Positions 61,134 through 64,000 of a stretch of DNA of 64,000 nt are shown here, one piece after another. Position 1 is the stretch's first letter. Every line of letters starts with the position of its first letter. Position numbers and translations under genes: made by a program. The notes beneath the pieces were generated by a model. It was not told where the DNA came from. It did no database searches and saw nothing but the letters and a program-made list of their open reading frames with translations. Source of the DNA: Bacteroidales bacterium (GTDB lineage Bacteria; Bacteroidota; Bacteroidia; Bacteroidales; F082); the NCBI GenBank assembly GCA_017561025.1, contig JAFZDU010000074.1, positions 7,603 to 71,602 on the forward strand, read 5' to 3'.

Positions 61134-64000
61134 TATTTCTTTTTTGTATTAGCTGCTTCTAATTCTGCATCGTATTCTTTACCTTTGAAAAGTCTGTATG
61201 CCAAAGGTGTAGCGATGAACATTGAAGAGAATGTACCAGCGATCATACCAACTAACAATGCGAATACGAAACCGCGGATTGTTTCACCACCGAAGATGAA
61301 GATTGCTAACAATACGACTATTGTTGTACCTGATGTGTTGATAGAACGTAACAATGTGCTGTTGTTTGCACTGTTGAAGAGCTCTCTCCAGCCTTTCTTA
61401 GGGAATAATGTAACGTTTTCACGTACACGGTCGAAGATAACCACTGTGTTGTTGATTGAGTAACCGATGATTGTCAAAACAGCAGCGATGAATGATTGGT
61501 TGACTTCCATTGTGAATGGTAATACATTGTTGAGCAATGAGTACATACCGATAACGATCAATGTGTCGTGAGCCAAACAAACGATGCTTGACAAACCATA
61601 TTGCCATCTTCTGAAACGGATAGCGATGTAAACGAACATAACAACGAGTGATACGATAACAGCAACGACAGCTTTACGTGTTACGTCGTCAGCAACTGTA
61701 GCACCAACTTTTTGTGAGCTTAAGATACCGAGTAATACGTTGCTCTTGTCTGAGTCTGTTGTGAATTGTTCGTATGTCATTTCTGTGTTGTACAAGCCTT
61801 TGAGTGCGTTGTAGATGAGACCTTGGATTTCTGCGTCAACGTCTTGTGCGTTGTCGTTGATCTTATAGTCTGTTGTTATCTTAACTTGGCGGCTTGGACC
61901 GTATGTCTTAACTTCTGGAACGCTTTCGAATTCTTTAACGTTTGCTAAAGCGCTGCGTACTTCGTTAACTGTAACGTCTTTGTCGAAACGTACAACATAG
62001 TTACGTCCACCTTTGAAGTCGATACCGAGGTTTAATCCACGTACTGCGATTGAACCAACGCTGATAACGATGAAGATAACTGCGATGATAGCTGCTCTCT
62101 TACCGAAACCGATGAAGTCGAATGCTGTGTTCTTTAAGAAGTCGCGTGTGGCGTTATTTGAGAAGTTGATGTTCTTGTCTTTCTTCAACCAGCCTTCAAA
62201 TACTAAACGTGAGATGAAGATTGATGTGAACAATGATGTAGCGATACCAATCATCAATGTTGTTGCGAAACCTTGAACAGGACCTGTACCGAATTGGAAC
62301 AATACGAATGCTGTCAAGAATGTTGTGATGTTACCGTCGATGATAGCTGAGTAAGCAGCTTTGTAACCGTCTGCGATAGCTGTTCTTAAACCTTTACCTG
62401 CGCGTAATTCTTCTTTGATACGTTCGAAGATGATAACGTTAGAGTCAACTGCCATACCGAGTGTCAAAACGATACCTGCGAGACCTGGCAATGTCAATAC
62501 TGTTCCGAATGATGCTAATACGCCGAACATGAAGAAGATGTTGACTAATAAAGCTGCGTCTGCTGCGATACCAGCTTTGTTGTAGAAGAACATCATATAA
62601 ATAAGAACGAGGATGAAAGCGATGATGAGTGACCAGAGACCTGATTGGATAGCTTCTTGACCTAATGATGGACCAACAACGTTTTCTTCGAGGATTCTTG
62701 CTGGAGCTGGTAATTTACCTGCTTTCAAGATGTTAGCTAAGTCTTGTGCTTCTTCAACTGTCATGTCACCGCCAGAGATTGATGAACGTACGCTTGGGAT
62801 TTCATCGTTAACAACTGGATATGAATATACGTAGTTGTCGAGAACGATAGCAACTTGTCTGCCGATGTTTTCACCTGTTAAGCGTTTCCATGCTTTAGCG
62901 CCTTCGCTGTTCATTTGGATTGTAACTTCAACGCGACCGTTTTGATCGTAGTCTTGACGAGCGTCAACGATAACTTCACCGCCGAGAGCAGCTTTGTTGT
63001 CACGTGATGTCTTTAATGCAACGAGGTCGATATATTCAACGCCACCCATTGTGTTAGGTTTTACGCACCATGCGAATCTAACGTTACGTGGGAATACGTT
63101 CTTAACTTGCTTGAGCATTCTGTTGATGTTAGCTGTATCTTTTACTAAAGCCATACCAACGCGTGCTGTTTGAGCTGGGTATGTTTGACCCATTTCGTTT
63201 TGATAGTAAGAAGGTGTCAAATAGTTGTAGATAGGGAAGTTAGCTCTCATTTCTTTCAAAGCTTCTTCTTGTGCTTTTAAAGTGTCGTTTGCTAAAAGAG
63301 CTGGTTCGTTATCACTATTTTCTTCTTTAACTTCTTCTGTTAAAGCTTCGTTTGCTTTGTTGATTTCAGCAAGACGTTTGTTAGCTTCGTCGAAATATTC
63401 GTAAAGTTCTGTGAAGTTGTATGTTTCCCAGAATTCGAGTTGTGCTGTACCTTGTAAGAGTTTGCGAACACGTTTAGGATCTTTGATACCTGGGAGTTCA
63501 ACAAGGATACGTCCTGAGTTTTCTAATTTTTGGATGTTTGGTTGTGCAACGCCGAAACGGTCGATACGTGTTCTTAAGATTTGGTATGAACGGTCGATAG
63601 CGCTGTTTGTTTCGTCTTTGATAACGCTCAAAACTTCAGCGTTTGTTGAGTTGACTGTTATACCTTTGTCTTTGAATTCGAACAAGAAGATAGGAGCTAA
63701 TTTTGCATTAGGATCTAATTGTTGGAAAGCGTCACCGAACAAGTCAACATAATCTCTTTGGCTGTTGAGGTGTTGTTCGTTAGCCATTTGGATAGCTTGG
63801 ACGAAAACTGGGTCTGTGCTGTGGCCTGAAAGAACTTCGATGATGTCTGGAACTGAAACTTCCATCATAACGTTCATACCACCTTTAAGGTCGAGACCTA
63901 AGTTGATTTCCATTTCTTTTGCTTGACGATAAGTTTGTCCTAATGGATAAACTTTCACTGTGCTCATTGAATCTAAATAATAAGTTTCTCTAGCACTTTG
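61133..64000 (-). CDS. secDF: Protein translocase subunit SecDF (fused), 5' end outside the window
   Basis: INLGLDLKGGMNV and two RND-like 6-TM bundles. The reading frame stays open upstream of the ORF-track Met (63967) to the window edge. Confidence 0.9.
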   Translation of the reverse strand, partial: QSARETYYLDSMSTVKVYPLGQTYRQAKEMEINLGLDLKGGMNVMMEVSVPDIIEVLSGHSTDPVFVQAIQMANEQHLNSQRDYVDLFGDAFQQLDPNAKLAPIFLFEFKDKGITVNSTNAEVLSVIKDETNSAIDRSYQILRTRIDRFGVAQPNIQKLENSGRILVELPGIKDPKRVRKLLQGTAQLEFWETYNFTELYEYFDEANKRLAEINKANEALTEEVKEENSDNEPALLANDTLKAQEEALKEMRANFPIYNYLTPSYYQNEMGQTYPAQTARVGMALVKDTANINRMLKQVKNVFPRNVRFAWCVKPNTMGGVEYIDLVALKTSRDNKAALGGEVIVDARQDYDQNGRVEVTIQMNSEGAKAWKRLTGENIGRQVAIVLDNYVYSYPVVNDEIPSVRSSISGGDMTVEEAQDLANILKAGKLPAPARILEENVVGPSLGQEAIQSGLWSLIIAFILVLIYMMFFYNKAGIAADAALLVNIFFMFGVLASFGTVLTLPGLAGIVLTLGMAVDSNVIIFERIKEELRAGKGLRTAIADGYKAAYSAIIDGNITTFLTAFVLFQFGTGPVQGFATTLMIGIATSLFTSIFISRLVFEGWLKKDKNINFSNNATRDFLKNTAFDFIGFGKRAAIIAVIFIVISVGSIAVRGLNLGIDFKGGRNYVVRFDKDVTVNEVRSALANVKEFESVPEVKTYGPSRQVKITTDYKINDNAQDVDAEIQGLIYNALKGLYNTEMTYEQFTTDSDKSNVLLGILSSQKVGATVADDVTRKAVVAVIVSLVVMFVYIAIRFRRWQYGLSSIVCLAHDTLIVIGMYSLLNNVLPFTMEVNQSFIAAVLTIIGYSINNTVVIFDRVRENVTLFPKKGWRELFNSANNSTLLRSINTSGTTIVVLLAIFIFGGETIRGFVFALLVGMIAGTFSSMFIATPLAYRLFKGKEYDAELEAANTKKK

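Noticed and set aside
1-64000. tRNA, rRNA, tmRNA, riboswitch, prophage, integrase or known defence-system genes.
   Set aside because: I found no cloverleaf-like sequences (for example GGTTCGAATCC-type T-arms), no rRNA-like stretches and no such protein motifs by eye. Absence by eye is not proof; tRNAscan-SE, Infernal and DefenseFinder would settle it.

Overview
The window looks like a Bacteroidota (Bacteroidales-like) chromosomal segment. Evidence: nine ORFs end in a type-A T9SS C-terminal sorting domain, TAnnTTTG -7 boxes sit upstream of many genes, and the gene content fits. I call about 38 protein genes. I saw no rRNA, tRNA, CRISPR array, transposase, integrase or phage genes.

The housekeeping backbone is ftsY, rimO, queH, murB, ftsE, htpG, ilvE, pyrF, prfA, purM and secDF, plus a hydB-hydA-hydC [FeFe]-hydrogenase operon and a lemA-TPM-TPM module.

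Three blocks of T9SS cargo genes interrupt it (5758-8273, 12987-31780, 46215-51308), about 25.6 kb or 40% of the window. They include two mosaic HagA/gingipain-type 'cleaved adhesin' giants (2955 aa and 1249 aa). They also include five ORFs (six copies) of an Omp28-like CxxC domain, combined with other modules in different orders.

The most unusual structure is non-coding:
- More than 25 short runs of 8-nt-period 'word' repeats sit at start and stop codons.
- Several hairpin families show compensatory changes and strand-specific G-U pairing.
- A ~150-bp GC-rich inverted-repeat pair brackets a two-gene cassette.
- Several of these repeats are inserted in frame inside genes (murB, rimO, a Methyltransf_32-like gene) or supply the ends of ORFs (ftsE, the DNA methyltransferase).

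All coordinates were indexed by hand. Family names come from motif recognition, not from database searches.
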